This document shows positions 39,670-53,900 of a stretch of 64,000 nt of DNA, one piece after another. The position numbers were made by a program, and so were the translations under genes. Origin of the DNA: Octopus sinensis (lineage: Eukaryota); the NCBI RefSeq assembly GCF_006345805.1, contig NC_042999.1, positions 48,670,001 through 48,734,000 of the forward strand, given 5' to 3'. The first letter of the stretch is position 1. The number at the start of each line of letters is the position of its first letter. The notes beneath the pieces are model-generated. The model was not told the origin of the DNA and did no database searches. It saw only the letters and a program-made list of their open reading frames with translations.

Positions 39670-40799
39670 CATCCACGACTGTAATCCTGGCCAAATATAG
39701 ATTTACGACCACTGATTTGTTCTATCGCAGACTTATTGTTGAGTACTTTATTCTATGTGGCTAGACATGGCTTCTTGGCACTTATCATCACAACACAAAC
39801 ACACACGTGTTTATGTGTCTGTGTGTAGGTGTGTGTTCATGAGTGCATATATGATTTTATGTGTGTGTGTGTGTGTGTGTGTCTGTGTGTCTTTTAATGT
39901 ACGCACTTACATTACTCATTAAAGTTTATGGTAATGATAATTTTATTCAATGGTACAATTCCCATATCGTCTAACATGAAATATGCTAATCATAGAACAA
40001 GCATTACGAGACAATTTCACTGCATATCAATCATATAAGTAATGGTATTGTTTTTAATGTAGGAGTAATTCTATCATGTGCACTACAATTCATTTCCCCC
40101 GGCAGTAGAAAATAATTTTGATAAACGATTCTAAATTCCTTTAAAGAATTACCTGTATTGGTTTCCGTGTACGATATTATCAATTTCACTTTAGTTGTAA
40201 AAGTATTTCGTATCAATAAATGTTTCATTTGATATATAGTTGCTTTTAAATATCTGAATTTGTAATCAAATGTCTGAATTTCTATTTGATTTACTTGTAC
40301 ACTATATATAGTTTATTTTTTTCCTTTTTGCCTCAATATATCTTTGTGATTAGATTGAACCATCGTGATTTATACGGAAATGAATATTTCACGTCTAATG
40401 ATAATTCATATTGAATCATTTGTTTATAAGCTATGTAAGAAATATGTGAATTACTGTATCAGCGTTGTTGCCGTGGTCGTCATCATCATCATCAGCAGCA
40501 GCCGTTTAAGAATTTGGACCTGGAGATCTCCATTTCCAGCGACTTCGAGGGCCACCTCCCAGTGGTGTCGGGTGTCAATGAAGAGCCCTCGACTACAACA
40601 AGACCAAAGTTCTTTTTTTCCAAGGTCTGGGGTCTCCCGCCCCTAAGCCCGAGACCATCGCCTAATCACCCTTACCGGTCTTGTTGCTTAACAACAACAA
40701 CATCAATCATCATCAGCAGCATTTTAGTTATTATCTTTATTCACATAACTTCTCCTGTCTCCGCTCCATCACTAAACTTAGAGACGCAACACTTTCCTC

Positions 40800-41250
40800 A
40801 AAACATGAAATGCTTCTAATATTGCTACCAAATAAATACTTCCTATGAAGTTTGATATTTGCAGCTGTTTTTGCCAGAATACTACTCTCTACGGGATGGT
40901 CCCAAATGCACCGATCACAATATATACCACAATTGTTTTTAAGGTGACCCGAGCTCCGGATCTGTTTCCTCTGGGAAATCTTCTAAAAGCCTCTTGGTGC
41001 CGCGGATGTTCGGCGTTCCACCACATGCGGGAAGTCACTCTGAATTTCTTTGTACACTTTGATGGGTAAGTGTATTAACATTAAATGATCCAGAACCCTG
41101 AGGGTGCTGGTGTAATAAATTGCACCGTACCTCTCAATATGCTTGTTTTTGGATATGAGAGCCAACAAAGTTTTGTTAGGTCATCTCGCAAGATCATAAT
41201 TTGGTGTTTCCGTAGTGATGACTGTGTGCCTTCTATTGTGGGCTACATGT
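40800..41250 (-). mobile_element. Possible decayed Tx1/L1-type ORF1 fragment
   Basis: RYGAIY... and RTSAAPR..EDFPEETDPEL align loosely with RAYGTVDVRF and RTSRVRIVEAPPDVDPVEV in the 25.7 kb ORF1. Confidence 0.35.
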
Positions 41251-41679
41251 GGTTGTGAGAGCATTGGTGGATTTGGTTGGAGTGGTGGTGGATGTGAAGA
41301 TGGTGGTGATGGTGTTGTTTGCGCTGTGCCTATCTTCGATGAGCTGGGGGCTTCTGTGTTTTAGAGTGTTGGTATAATTTCTCTTGTTTTCTGTTTTCTT
41401 AACCTTTTTCGTTTTTTTTTACTTTGTATGTGTATGTATGGTCTGTCACGGGGAGTGAGTGTATCTCTGTGATAATGTGAGCGTTCATGTGTGAGTGCGT
41501 GTTTGAGAGATGGAGTGTGGGAAGGTGCTGGTTTGACAGATATCCTGGGTCGTATTCCCCATCGTATGAGGTTCACGTGCCTCTAGTGCTGCTGCTGTTG
41601 TTGTTGTTGTTCTCTTGAGAATGCAGTTCTATAAAAAAGGTCTCTGTTGTTGGGGGTGTGCCGTTGTGTGCAGGTGGAA

Positions 41680-42738
41680 TATCTAAGTGAAATGCAAATA
41701 CAACAAATTCCGGCATTAGACATGCTAGGAAAATGCGCAGAAAAAAACTAAACGCATGAAAACCCGTGCAAAAACTACTGCCTTAGATATCATTGCTGAT
41801 AAATAGCAAAGAAACCCTCTCAATGACGAATACCCAAAGAGAGCTAATAATGGCGTTATTGACAAAGCACTTACCCATCAATGGATAGTGTCTTCTGGCT
41901 TAAAATCAGAAACAGAACGGTTTATCATAGCAGCTCAAGTTTAATGCCTTCCAACAAGGTACTACCAGGCCAGCATATAAAAGAACGGCAGTAGCTCAAC
42001 ATATCATGTATGTAAACAACAAAATGAACCCATTGATCATGCTATCTCCATGTGCAGTCTTCTTGCGCCTACAGAGTATCTCAGCAAGAATGATAGAGCA
42101 GTGCAGTAATTCAGTAAGTAATTTGCAAAAACTTGGACCTGCTCCATGATAAAAAGTTGTGGGAACACAAACCACATCCAGTGCTTGAAAATGTCCCACT
42201 CCTCTGGAACTTCACCATTCAAACTGACAGAAAGATAGATGCAAATAGGACAGACATCATATTGAAAGATTTCAGGCAAGTGTCATGCCTCCTCATTGAT
42301 ATGACTGTCACAATCGACATAAATGTATCTGTGAAGACCTACCAAAAGATCTTGAAATAGAAATTGTCAAAATGTGCAACCTCAAGACTAAAACAATGCC
42401 TCTTGTCATAGGTGCCCTAGGAATAATAGCAAAAGCTGTTGATTAATACCTAGCTCTGATACCAGGAAACCCAAAAATGGCATAAATTCAAAAGATAATG
42501 CTCCTCTTAACTTCACATATCCTACGTAAAATACTGTCTATATAATCTCAAATTTTAAATCGAACTTATAATTTTCTCATCTTTTCTTAAACATTGTCTA
42601 GAAGACTACTATATACAAAACCAAATATATAACACCCTAGGCATAACAGCAACTTGAAATTCTAATTGTTGTCTCTTGAGAACTAATGGGAGAGACTTGG
42701 AGTCAACTTGCACAAATACAAACCGAAAGTCAAACATA
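41680..42738 (+). mobile_element. R4/Dong family 1, copy C, older and frameshifted
   Basis: Collinear with copies A and B (WNFTIQTDRKIDANR.DIILKDF). Ends AAGTCAAACATA into (TAA)n. Confidence 0.85.
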
Positions 42739-42778
42739 TAATAATAATAATACTAAGAAGAAGAAGAAGAAGAAGAAA

Positions 42779-43070
42779 TGCGAAATAGCTCGGCTATGGG
42801 AAAGGAAGAAGGTGAAGATAGTGTCAAGCATTGTTGGCTCCTTGGGAACAGTATCAGAAGGCATCAAGTGGAATATAATGGAAATTGAAATAAAATGCCC
42901 AGTAGAACTATTACAAAAGTTTTGCTTCCTTGGCACGACAAAGAATAATCAGGAAAAATATCAGATGGCGGAAAAGAGCGAAGGGCATGATTCCGTAGGC
43001 TGCAGGTAGTAAGCCTGCTATGCATGCAATACTCCAGGACCTCGAACAAAAACCTATGATAAAGAGATAA
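42779..43070 (+). mobile_element. R4/Dong-type RLE element, family 3, short 5'-truncated tail
   Basis: CEIARLWERKKVKIVSSIVGSLGTV...ELLQKFCFLGT matches the RLE C-terminus. Has a distinct 3' UTR and lies between (GAA)n and (TAA)n. Confidence 0.65.
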
Positions 43071-43081
43071 TAATAATAATG

Positions 43082-43126
<45 letters not shown>

Positions 43127-43232
43127 TAATAATAATAATAATAATAGTAGTAGTAGTAGTAGTAGTAGTAGTAAATCGTAGCTGTTTGGAAGTGTTATGT
43201 ACATTGATTTGTCTTGGTATAAAAGATAGTCT

Positions 43233-43874
43233 ATTGCAAATGGGCGCTGCAATGGTGCACGATATAGAGTGTTATCAGTGCCAGATAAGATGATCACTGC
43301 AAGTAAAATAACTGGTGTTGATGCAGGACGCAGACTTTTCATTCCTTGCATTATTGTACAAACATCTAATACGTATTTGCCTTTTACTTTGAAAAGACGC
43401 CAATTTCCAGTGAGACCTACTTTCGTGATGTCTATAAACAAAAGTTAAGGACAAAGCCTTTCCAAGTGCGGCATCTACATGCTTGGGCCCGTATTCACTC
43501 ATGGCCAGTTATATACCACTCTCAGTAGAGTTGGGGTTCCAGTGAATCTTAAAATATTTGCTGATGAAAAAGAATTTAGCAGATCAGGAACACGTAGACA
43601 TCATAATGGAAACGTAAGAAGATTTATGCGTAATGCTGTCTACACGGAAATAGTGCAAGTATTGATATGCTGCCTATGTGAAAAGTACAGATTTGCTCAA
43701 TATCTTCTTTGTTATGATTTTAGTGATTTTGTCAAGTATTTGCATAAATGAGAATATGTAAATTTATTATCACATTATTTCTTTTGTGTATTTCTCAAAC
43801 AATATTTGAATTAAATTGAAATGTTATTATAAATATATCATTGATTTTTCTTTATTGAGTGGCCATGCACTAGT
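43233..43874 (+). mobile_element. Helitron 3' fragment (PIF1-type helicase C-terminus, possible CTAG end)
   Basis: One frame reads NGRCNGARY...LFIPCI...LPFTLKRRQFPVRPTFVMSINKS*GQSL..CGIYMLGPVFTHGQLYTTLSRV...NAVYTEI with a single stop at 43446-43448. CTAG|T at 43870-43874. Confidence 0.8.
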
Positions 43875-43894
43875 AATATTAATAATGAAGATAA

Positions 43895-44422
43895 GCAGTA
43901 CCAGACAGTGGCTCTCATGGATTTTGATCTTAGCTTATTGGAAGTGTTATCATGTACACTTTTTGTCTTGATATAAAACATGGGTTACAACAAATATTCT
44001 GCTCAACACCACAGATTTGCTCGTCAGTTTTTTGACCTTGACCAATTGGGTATGTCCCTTAGTGGCCAATGAAATGTGCATCACTGATTACAACCATCAT
44101 AGCAATGTGTTGAGAACAAATATTTGGGGCTTGAATAATTCACCTTTGGAAACATGGGTGTTTCGTTCTACATACTTAAACAACACTTATTCAGGGACAT
44201 TTTAGTGGGACGGGATGTTCAACCAGAAGAAAATTCCAAATGGACTCCGACTGCAAAGTCATGCGCTGTGTATCTTTATAGGAGATCACCATGTCCTGAA
44301 CATATTATTGTGATGCATGTGTCTGGTCTACACTTGTCAGATGGGTTGTCATAATGATTATTCAGGGCTTCGTATATTTGTACTCCAGTGTCACTTTGAT
44401 GGCACATTTTACCTTCTCACTC
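43895..44422 (+). mobile_element. Element X copy 1 (full length, diverged)
   Basis: Starts GCAGTACCAG, ends CTCACTC, with AAT repeats on both sides. Homologous to 44518-44966, 46223-46768 and a fragment at 43182-43227. Confidence 0.8.
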
Positions 44423-44448
44423 AATAATGATAATCATAATAATATAAA

Positions 44449-44517
<69 letters not shown>

Positions 44518-44519
<2 letters not shown>

Positions 44520-44966
44520 CATGTACATTGTTTTGTCTTGGTATAAAAGATGGGCTACAGCAAATATTCTGCTCAATACCACACATTTGCTTGTCAGTTG
44601 TTTGACCTTAACTAGTTGAGCATGTCCCTTAGTGGCTGACGATATAGCCATGTGTTGAGAGGGATTCTTTGGGGTTTGAATAATTCACCTCTGGAAACAT
44701 GGGTGGTTCTTTCAACATCCTTAAACAACCCTTATTCAGGGACCTTTTGAGCGGGATGGGCTACTCAACCTGTAGAAAATTCTAACTGGGCCCCACCTGC
44801 AAGGTCATGTGGTGTTTATCTTGATATGAGATCACTATGTCGCGCACATATGGTTGTGATGCATGTGCCTGGTGTACCCTTATCAGACGGGTAGTCATGA
44901 TGGGTATATTGGGCTTCATATATTTTACCCCAGTGTCACTTTGATGGCATGAACTGCTCTCTCACT
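44518..44966 (+). mobile_element. Element X copy 2 (left-truncated)
   Basis: Begins ~55 nt into the unit; right end intact; (AAT)n on both sides. Confidence 0.8.
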
Positions 44967-44970
44967 GAAA

Positions 44971-45010
<40 letters not shown>

Positions 45011-45023
45011 GTAATAATAATAA

Positions 45024-46082
45024 TATACAAGAAACAAGCACAAAAAAGGTAGGCGCATGAAAACCGTGCCAAAACTGCGGCCTTAGATATTCTGAATAAT
45101 AAATGGCAAGAAAAACCTCTCTATGGCAAATACCCAAAGAGAGCGAATAATGCAGATATCGACCAAGCCCTGACCCATCAATGGCTAATGGCCTCTGGCT
45201 TAAAATCTGAAACAGAGGGGTTTATCATAGCAGCTCAAGATCAATGCCTACCAACAAGAAACTACCAGGCCAACATATTAAAGATCAGAAGCAGTCCAAC
45301 GTGTCGTGTATGCAAGCAACAAAATGAAACCATTGACCATGTGGTCTCCAAGTGCAGTCTTCTAGCGCCTACAGAGTATCTCAACAGGCACGATAGAGCT
45401 GCACAATATATTCACTGGGTAATCTGTAAAAACCTGGATTTGCCCCATGAAAAAAACTGGTGGGAACACAAACCACCCCCAGTGCTTGAAAATGACCACA
45501 TCTCACTCCTCTGGAACTTCACCATTCAAACTGACAGGAAGATAGATGCAAATAGGCCAGACATCATATTGAAAGACTTCAAACAAAGAACATGCCTCCT
45601 CATTGATATGACTGTCCCAATCGATATAAACGTATCTGTCAGGACCTACCAAAAACTGAGCAAATATAAAGATCTTGAAATAGAAATCAGCAAAATGTGG
45701 AAGCTGAAGACTAAAACAATACCTGTTGTCATAGGTGCCCTGGGAATGATAGCAAAAGGGGCTGATAGCTACCTAACTCAGATACCAGGAAACCCAAAAA
45801 TGGCAGAAGTTCAAAAGATAGTGCTCATGGGAACTGCTCATATCCTACGCAAAATACTCTCTATGTAACCTCAAGGTTTAAAACAACCATAATTTTCGGT
45901 TTAAAAAAAAAAAAAAATTTTTTTTTTTTTTTTAGACATTCATTAGTACAACATCCCCACCCCCCAAATATATGGCACACTAGGCATAACAACAACATGA
46001 ACTTCCAACCCTGTTGTCTCTTGAGGTCTCTGGGTGAGACTTGGAGCCAACTTGTACAAATATAAAGCAAAAGTCAAACATA

Positions 46083-46083
<1 letters not shown>
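45024..46083 (+). mobile_element. R4/Dong family 1, copy B, 5'-truncated, inserted in (TAA)n
   Basis: Open frame 45053-45868 with CCHC and RLE motifs; (AAT)n on both sides; same 3' end as copies A and C. Confidence 0.9.
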
Positions 46084-46127
<44 letters not shown>

Positions 46128-46143
46128 CAACAACAACAACAAC

Positions 46144-46212
<69 letters not shown>

Positions 46213-46222
46213 TATAATAATA

Positions 46223-46768
46223 GCAGTACCAGGCAGAGGCTCTCATGGCTTCTGATCTTAACTGATTGGAAGTGTTATCATGTACATTGTTTTGTATTGG
46301 TATAAAAGATGGGATACAGCAAATATTCTGCTCAATACCACATATTTGCTTGTTAGTTGTTTGACCTTAACCAGTTGAGCATGTCCCTTAGTGGCTGACG
46401 ATATGTGCATCTCTGATCACGAGCAGAAGTAGTGGGAGAGCATCATAGCCATGTGTTGAGAAGGATTCTTTGGGGTTTGAATAATTCACCCCTGGAAACA
46501 CGGGTGTTTCGTTCAACGTCCTTAAACAACCCTTATTCAGGGACCTTTTGAGCGGGATGGGTTACTCGATCTGAAGAAAATTCTAACTGGGCTCCACCTG
46601 CAAGGTCATTTGCTGTTTATCTTGATATGAGATCACCATGTCGCGCACATATGGTTGTGATGCATATGCCTGGTGTACCCTTATCAGACGGGTAGTCATG
46701 ATGGGTATACTGGGCTTCGTATATTTTACCCCAGTGTCACTTTGATGGCATGCTCTGCTCGCTCACTC
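46223..46768 (+). mobile_element. Element X copy 3 (full length, 546 bp)
   Basis: Same termini as copy 1; (AAT)n on both sides. Confidence 0.85.
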
Positions 46769-46779
46769 AATAATAATAG

Positions 46780-46845
<66 letters not shown>

Positions 46846-47439
46846 TGACTACATAGATTATATTTTTCTTCCAGCGAATGTTTCCCTACTATTTAAAAAG
46901 AAAAGGAAAAACATGCAATTAATATAAAAGAAAAATATCTAGACTCTCAGGAATGATCGATATTGCATTGCGATTTATTCGGCAAAAATTTTTCAAATTA
47001 AAAACTTTCATTACAGTTCACACCAGCGGACACAATTTATTTGAATGAGAATATGAATTGATTTGAATATGGACAGAAACTGACTTCATTTTTAATTGAT
47101 AAGTGCCTGGCGAGAAATGTAATTATAGAATGCACATTTTACATCACAACTATTTTTGTTTGATTTTTTTTATTTTTTATCTTCAGACATTCTTGTCTCG
47201 TCTATAATTTCGTCACTAATTCCATAGCAATGATTTGGACGGGTGTGAAATAGACAAAAGCCTTCTTGAGAGTCTTACGGGTCAATAAATACGTACACAC
47301 ATGTGCACACACACACACACATGCAAACATATGCACACACATACACCCACAGAGAAATACACATACACTTGCATACATAACATATAAATACATAATACTT
47401 ATACACACTTGCACGTATATACACACATACATAGTATGT

Positions 47440-48910
<1,471 letters not shown>

Positions 48911-49681
48911 TTGAAAGTGAGGAACAGAAATTCGTGTATTATTTTGATGGTTGAAGGAAATGTAATCAATGGTATTTTCTAACGTGTTTCACAGTTCATG
49001 TTATTTGCAGTATCTAAAAGCAAAATCCGCCTTAAGGTACGGACATTTTCGTCCGTTAATGTCTTATTGCCTTACAACGCATGCAGTTACTTTCAAGTAA
49101 ATTCAATTCCATCTAATAATATACGAGATACTCTTGAATATTTTACGATCACTTACTTAAAGCTACAGTTACAGAATGTCGAACGTAATATTTTGGAAAT
49201 ATTAGGCTTTAAAGTTTCAGGAACCAATATATTTACTAAAATATTTGCTGAACTGTTTTCTTTTCTGCGTGTTGTATATGTAGACTGCAGTTACCATTTA
49301 TGTTATAGTACTTTTGTGATGCCACTAGACGTTACACAGTTAAGTGGTAAGTTCTCTCTTGAAAGGAAATACTTCTAAAATCATGCTTCCTTTTATAGCT
49401 ATTCTTATTGTTGTTAATATTGTTATAGTTGTTCTTGTTGAGTTTGTTGTTTTTGTTGTTGTTGATACTGTTTTTGTTGTAGTTAATACCACAGGTTTGC
49501 TCGGACGGGCTTGAAAGAGACAAAAGCCTTCTTGAGAGTCTTACAGGTTAATACGCATGAACATACACATGAATACACACACACACACATACACACACAC
49601 ACGCACACTCACGCACACACACATACACACATACACACATACACACACAGACAGAAATACACATACACCTGCATAGATAAC

Positions 49682-49772
49682 ACTGGACGAAATGCTTAGA
49701 TGTATTTCACCCGTCGCCACGTTCTGAGTTCAAATTCCCTCGAGGTAGACTTTGCCTTACATCCTTTCGGGG
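49682..49772 (+). mobile_element. SINE family B fragment
   Basis: CGTTCTGAGTTCAAATTCC...GGTAGACTTTGCCTTACATCCTTTCGGGG. Confidence 0.6.
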
Positions 49773-49789
49773 CTTTTGGTGGCTCTTGG

Positions 49790-50330
49790 TGGTAATGGCT
49801 CACCGATTGTCTTCGCTCACCCTGTTTTACAACCGTCATATGCCGTATGATGTTTGCTTTGTCACTTTATGTGGGCTTTTGTGGAGATATATATTTTACC
49901 TTTTCTTTGAATTGTTGGCATTCGATAGTGCTGGCACAACATGCCCAAACTATGTTGACTGTGGATATATCCTTTGTTGACCAACACTTGTCAGATCGAA
50001 TCCATATGATTCTTTGTTATTTCCTCTTCACCACGTATTCTGTAATGCATTACCGTATTCTGGTATGTTATGTGATTTGGGGTGGAGCTTTAGTGGGGAA
50101 GATCTGATTTTTACTATATTTTAGAAGCCTTCATTATTTGCTGTGAGTCCCACAGGTTTCGACCACTACTAGCTTTTTACTTGTATTTGTTTTCTATTTA
50201 GCTTATTCAAGTATCTACCGTGCAAGAACATTTGTTCTCATCGTTTTATTATGCCACTGCTAGTTCCATAACTTAAATTTTAGCTGGTTTTTTAGAATTC
50301 AGGTACTACGAACTCTGGTCTACATTTTCC
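49790..50330 (-). mobile_element. Old R4/Dong-type fragment
   Basis: LHGRYLNKL...WSKPVGLTANNEGF matches the LHG.Y...WL..G.L..ETEGF region of copies A and B; many stops. Confidence 0.55.
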
Positions 50331-50939
50331 CGGCTTCATTCAAAACAAAGAACAGAATTTATCTTGTCTTGTAGATGCTGTATAGATATTTCTATTAACT
50401 TTGTCGATACATGTTAGTGTCATGACCTTGTTAACTGCCCCGTTCCCCCATTTTACAATTTCATACTTCGGTTCGGTTTAACACTCAACTCGCATTGTCC
50501 CTGTCATTTTACGGGGGATCTAAATAGCCTAACCACATCATGCTCGATACCTATATACTTCTCATTGCCAGATTCCTTCGTTCACATCGGTTTCCAAGTT
50601 TTTAGTTATGCAACATATTTATAATGGTTATTCTGTACATGCAAATTCAACATTCCTGCAAACCTGCCAGAGTAGATTCTTTCAGGTGGTGAGCTAGCAG
50701 ATAAAATGCTCGATGCCATTAATTGCAGCTTTACTCTACCAAGGTTGATTTGCCTTTCATACTTTCAGGATCCATGACATAAGGGCCACTGGAGAACTAT
50801 CGTTGATGTCACAGACTTTCCCAAAAATCTGTAACTACTTCATATTGTGTTAAGAGTTGTAGTTTGTTTTCTATAATTATAATGTAACCACGGAGATTTC
50901 TATCAGGTAACAAACCACTTGCGCATATGTACGTCACTC

Positions 50940-53900
50940 TCAGAAATCAACCCCCGTGAACAGCAATGCAAATCGCCAAACCCCAACACTTTCCCATGCC
51001 TGTCTACCCACATAGTCTCACCACTGCTACATCATGCCTTCTGCATGACCACGCAAGTATATGTCGAGCAAGCAGGTGCGTGACTGCGTGTCCCCTCACC
51101 ATACACACCAGCACGGATGTGTGAGCGGGGTCGCGCTCATATACATATGCACCTGTCCATGTGCATTTATGTATACGTGTACACGTGTCTGTACTCGTGT
51201 GCACATGTGATAAATGTATGCACGTGTGTGTATGTCAATCTCTGTGTGTGTATGTCCGTGTGACTGTACTGTGCGGTGCCTTCGTGTTTGTGTGTGAGCG
51301 TGTGACTGTGCTCGCGTGCAGGTGTGTGAATGTATATCTACGCACACATACATACTCGCGTAAATACAGAGGCATACATACTGATATATGAGCATATACA
51401 TTTACATATGTTCATATATACATCTCTATCTACCGCCCCTTCCTATTTCCCTAGTCACACGAGTGATTTCCTATCCGCCATTCTGTCGATTTCCTGCCTA
51501 CTATGCGGCCGATTTCCTGTTCGCGATGCGGTATTTTCCAAGTAAATGTTATCGTTGAAATACCGACATCAAACTGCTATACAGCGTGACCTTTTTCGAC
51601 CAATCACAGGATAACATCCAGTAGGAAACATTGGCTATCTTCAGTCGAACTCTCATTCAGACCCCAATGGCCGAAAACTAGCTACTCACTTGAGAATCAG
51701 TGTACCAAGGAGTCTGCATCAAACTCCTTTGATTTATACATGTAACTCCCAATAAATGTCTTGAGTGTCCTTTCGTTTGTCTACTCACTCGTGCAATTAC
51801 TCCAAACTCTGTTGAGCGTCATTCACGAACGCCTGACCAACGGTTTGCAACGGAGAGACAACCATTACCGTACTCGCTGAGGAATATGCAAATACTTTCA
51901 AGAAAAATCTACTGGACACGACTTACAGAGAAGCCCGAATATGTCATCGAACGAATACACTCGAAAGATTTCTTTTACGAGAAAACTTACACTACTTCAT
52001 CAGCGGATAAGTTTCAATCCTGAAACTGAGCCCCGCGTATTAAAGTCCTTGAGGTTTTCGAGAGTGATTGATGGAATATTGTGAATTCTTAAATGAATGT
52101 ATAACCAATATTATAAAATTTCCAATTAACACGTCCTCACAGACAAAACAAAAGATATTTATGAATTAAACATTTTAACAAGTTAAAGATTCTTCACAAA
52201 CGCTATCATCAAATCATACAAAAAAAAAACGTACAGGAGTGGCTGTGTGGTAAGTAGCTTGCTAACCAACCACATGGTTCCGGGTTCAGTCCCACTGCGT
52301 GGCATCTTGGGCAAGTGTCTTCTGCTATAGCCCCGGGCCGACCAATGCCTTGTGAGTGGATTTGGTAGACAGAAACTGAAAGAAGCCTGTCGTATATATG
52401 TATATATATATATGTGTGTATATGTTTGTGTGTCTGTGTTTGTCCCCCTAGCATTGCTTGACAACCAATGCTGGTGTGTTTACGTCCCCGTCACTTAGCG
52501 GTTCGGCAAAAGAGACCGATAGAATAAGTACTGGGCTTACAAAGAATAAGTCCCGGGGTCGATTTGCTCGACTAAAGGCGGTGCTCCAGCATGGCCGCAG
52601 TCAAATGACTGAAACAAGTAAAAGAGTAAAGAGTAAAAGAGTAAAAGAGTATACGATGACATAAACATAGAATCAAAAGAGCTAGATACCCGCCTTAAGG
52701 TAGAGGACCACCTCTCCGCCCCTCTCCATACGCCCAATTTCCATTCGAATTCCAAATGCAGGCTGATCAACCTCGCAAAAGTGAGAGAGGTATCATTAGA
52801 AAGTGTATTCTCGATACTATCAACTCAGACATCAGAAGAGCTACAAGGTTGGTTCAATAGAACCCCAGAGCAGCTGTGATTGACTAGTTCCGTGGTATCG
52901 AGAATAAACCAGCTGCAAATTCACCCATTGTTGACTTCTATCTTTCCATATCTAAGCCCCTCTTCCTCAAGGTTCTAGGTTTTGCTTGACAATTTACCAG
53001 CATTAGTGATCTTTATATCAGAATCATAGTGAATGACAAAAAGTCAATTCTGGACCATAGCGATTCCTTCTAGATGATTAAAGAAGGTGTACCTTTGACG
53101 TATCTATGGGGAGCTATGACGGGACTAAAATCGCTGTCCTTGTTAGTTTAGATATTTTGAATAGCCTCAAGAGACGTACCCATCCGCTTAGGTCGGCCCT
53201 CTATAGGGATGATGGCCTGGCTATCTCAAACTATATGAATGGCCACGCCATGGAGAGGTTCTGGACAGATTTAATAAAAAATATTCAAGGAGTTCGGTCT
53301 GTCACTTGTGGTTACTACCGACTTCACTGCGGTTGATTTCTTGGACATAACGTTAGACCTGAACACAAGCAAATACTAACCCGTACAGGAAGCTTAATGA
53401 ATAAACGGTATATAGCAACAAGAACTCAACACACCTCACCCCGCGGTAATTAAAAATCTGGTTTCAAGCATTTGCAAATAGGTGTTTAATAGGGTCACCC
53501 CCAGTAGAGCGATGCTTTGACTAGGCGTATATTTTCTGAGAGGCCCATGTATGTGGACGAACCCCCAAATCCCCTGCTCACCCAAAAGAGAATGAGGAAA
53601 ATAATCTGGTATACCCCCACCACCATTTAACCTAGAGGCTTCTACCAACGTAGCTGGGGGCTTCCTGTCGTTAATAAAGAAACGTTTTCACAGAGGCCAG
53701 AAGTATTACCAACTCTTCAGCACACATAATCTCAAGGTAAGCTACTCCTGATTCGACAACATCGCACCAAACATCGCACGCTTCAACAAACCCTCACAAC
53801 CTCAAATTAACTCCCATCGACAACACCGCAAACCACTAAATGAAAACATGTCTCCATACCTGTCTACCCGCATACTCTCACTCCTTGTACATTATCCTTT

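Noticed and set aside
46223-46768. Short matches of element X to U2 snRNA (GCAGTACC, CTTATCAG, ATCAAAGTG)
   Set aside because: 8-11 nt matches on mixed strands and out of order; compatible with chance.
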